Of a DNA stretch of 64,000 nucleotides, positions 63,869 to 64,000 are shown piece after piece; the stretch's first letter is position 1; every line of letters begins with the position of its first letter. The notes below the pieces were generated by a model. It did not search any database. It was not told the origin of the DNA and saw nothing but the letters and a program-made list of their open reading frames with translations. A program made the translations under genes and the position numbers. Source of the stretch: an uncultured Legionellales bacterium (GTDB taxonomy: Bacteria > Pseudomonadota > Gammaproteobacteria > Eutrophobiales > Eutrophobiaceae); NCBI GenBank assembly GCA_913046215.1, contig CAJWRJ010000002.1, positions 5,950 through 69,949 of the forward strand, written 5' to 3'.

Positions 63869-64000
63869 AAAATTTTAATAGATAGTAAGTTAATGATTGA
63901 CAATAATTAATCGAACACTATTATCGTTCTGTACTTTCTTAATTTAAAAAAAGTTTTAAAATTATTTTTTTGTGGAAGGAAAAATTTTGTGAGGCATTTT

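Overview
Visibly AT-rich (low-GC) proteobacterial chromosomal segment with beta/gammaproteobacterial synteny (ispB divergent from rplU-rpmA-obg-proB; rpsT / murJ-ribF-ileS-lspA-ispH). All assignments are from reading the translated ORFs and the DNA by eye; no searches were run. Region 1-9.3 kb is the distal half of the respiratory complex I operon (nuoG partial, nuoH-N) ending convergently on psd. Region 9.3-11.3 kb (minus strand) has the cytochrome-oxidase copper-chaperone pair PCu(A)C + SCO1 downstream of psd. Region 11.5-16.7 kb is a tightly coupled five-gene Mrp-like membrane module (mrpC-like + three MrpD/MrpA/NuoL-type antiporter subunits + a 79-aa 2-TM protein) that lacks MrpB/E/F/G and any soluble partner. 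Region 16.7-33.1 kb is a large hopanoid biosynthesis locus: sqs, shc, hpnG, a PhyH-like Fe/2OG dioxygenase, hpnN, hpnA; hpnI-hpnJ-hpnK; hpnL. It is unusually decorated with three paralogous CDP-alcohol phosphatidyltransferase genes, one in or beside each hpn operon, plus a divergent Sfp-type PPTase and a SAM methyltransferase. hpnH and hpnCDE are absent from the window. Region 33-44.5 kb is housekeeping (ispB, rplU, rpmA, obg, proB, rpsT, murJ, ribF, ileS, lspA, ispH). Region 44.5-56.4 kb is mixed metabolism (thiO-like, Cys-less Fur-family regulator, metY, Sel1 lipoprotein, photolyase, DAO-family oxidoreductase, gdhA, AlsS-like TPP enzyme, PNPOx-like, 5'-deoxynucleotidase). A tRNA-Thr(CGU) is followed 1.3 kb later by a 44-bp direct repeat of its own 3' end, bracketing a single secreted GH43-like gene (integration scar at a thrW-type site). 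Region 57.9-63.7 kb carries bfd/bfr with a Fur-box-like palindrome between them, manC, a GT9 heptosyltransferase-like gene, two secreted proteins of unknown function and an alpha/beta hydrolase, ending in a 72-bp-period tandem repeat. The two most unusual systems are the hopanoid locus with its triple CDP-alcohol phosphotransferase decoration and the orphan Mrp-like antiporter-subunit cluster.
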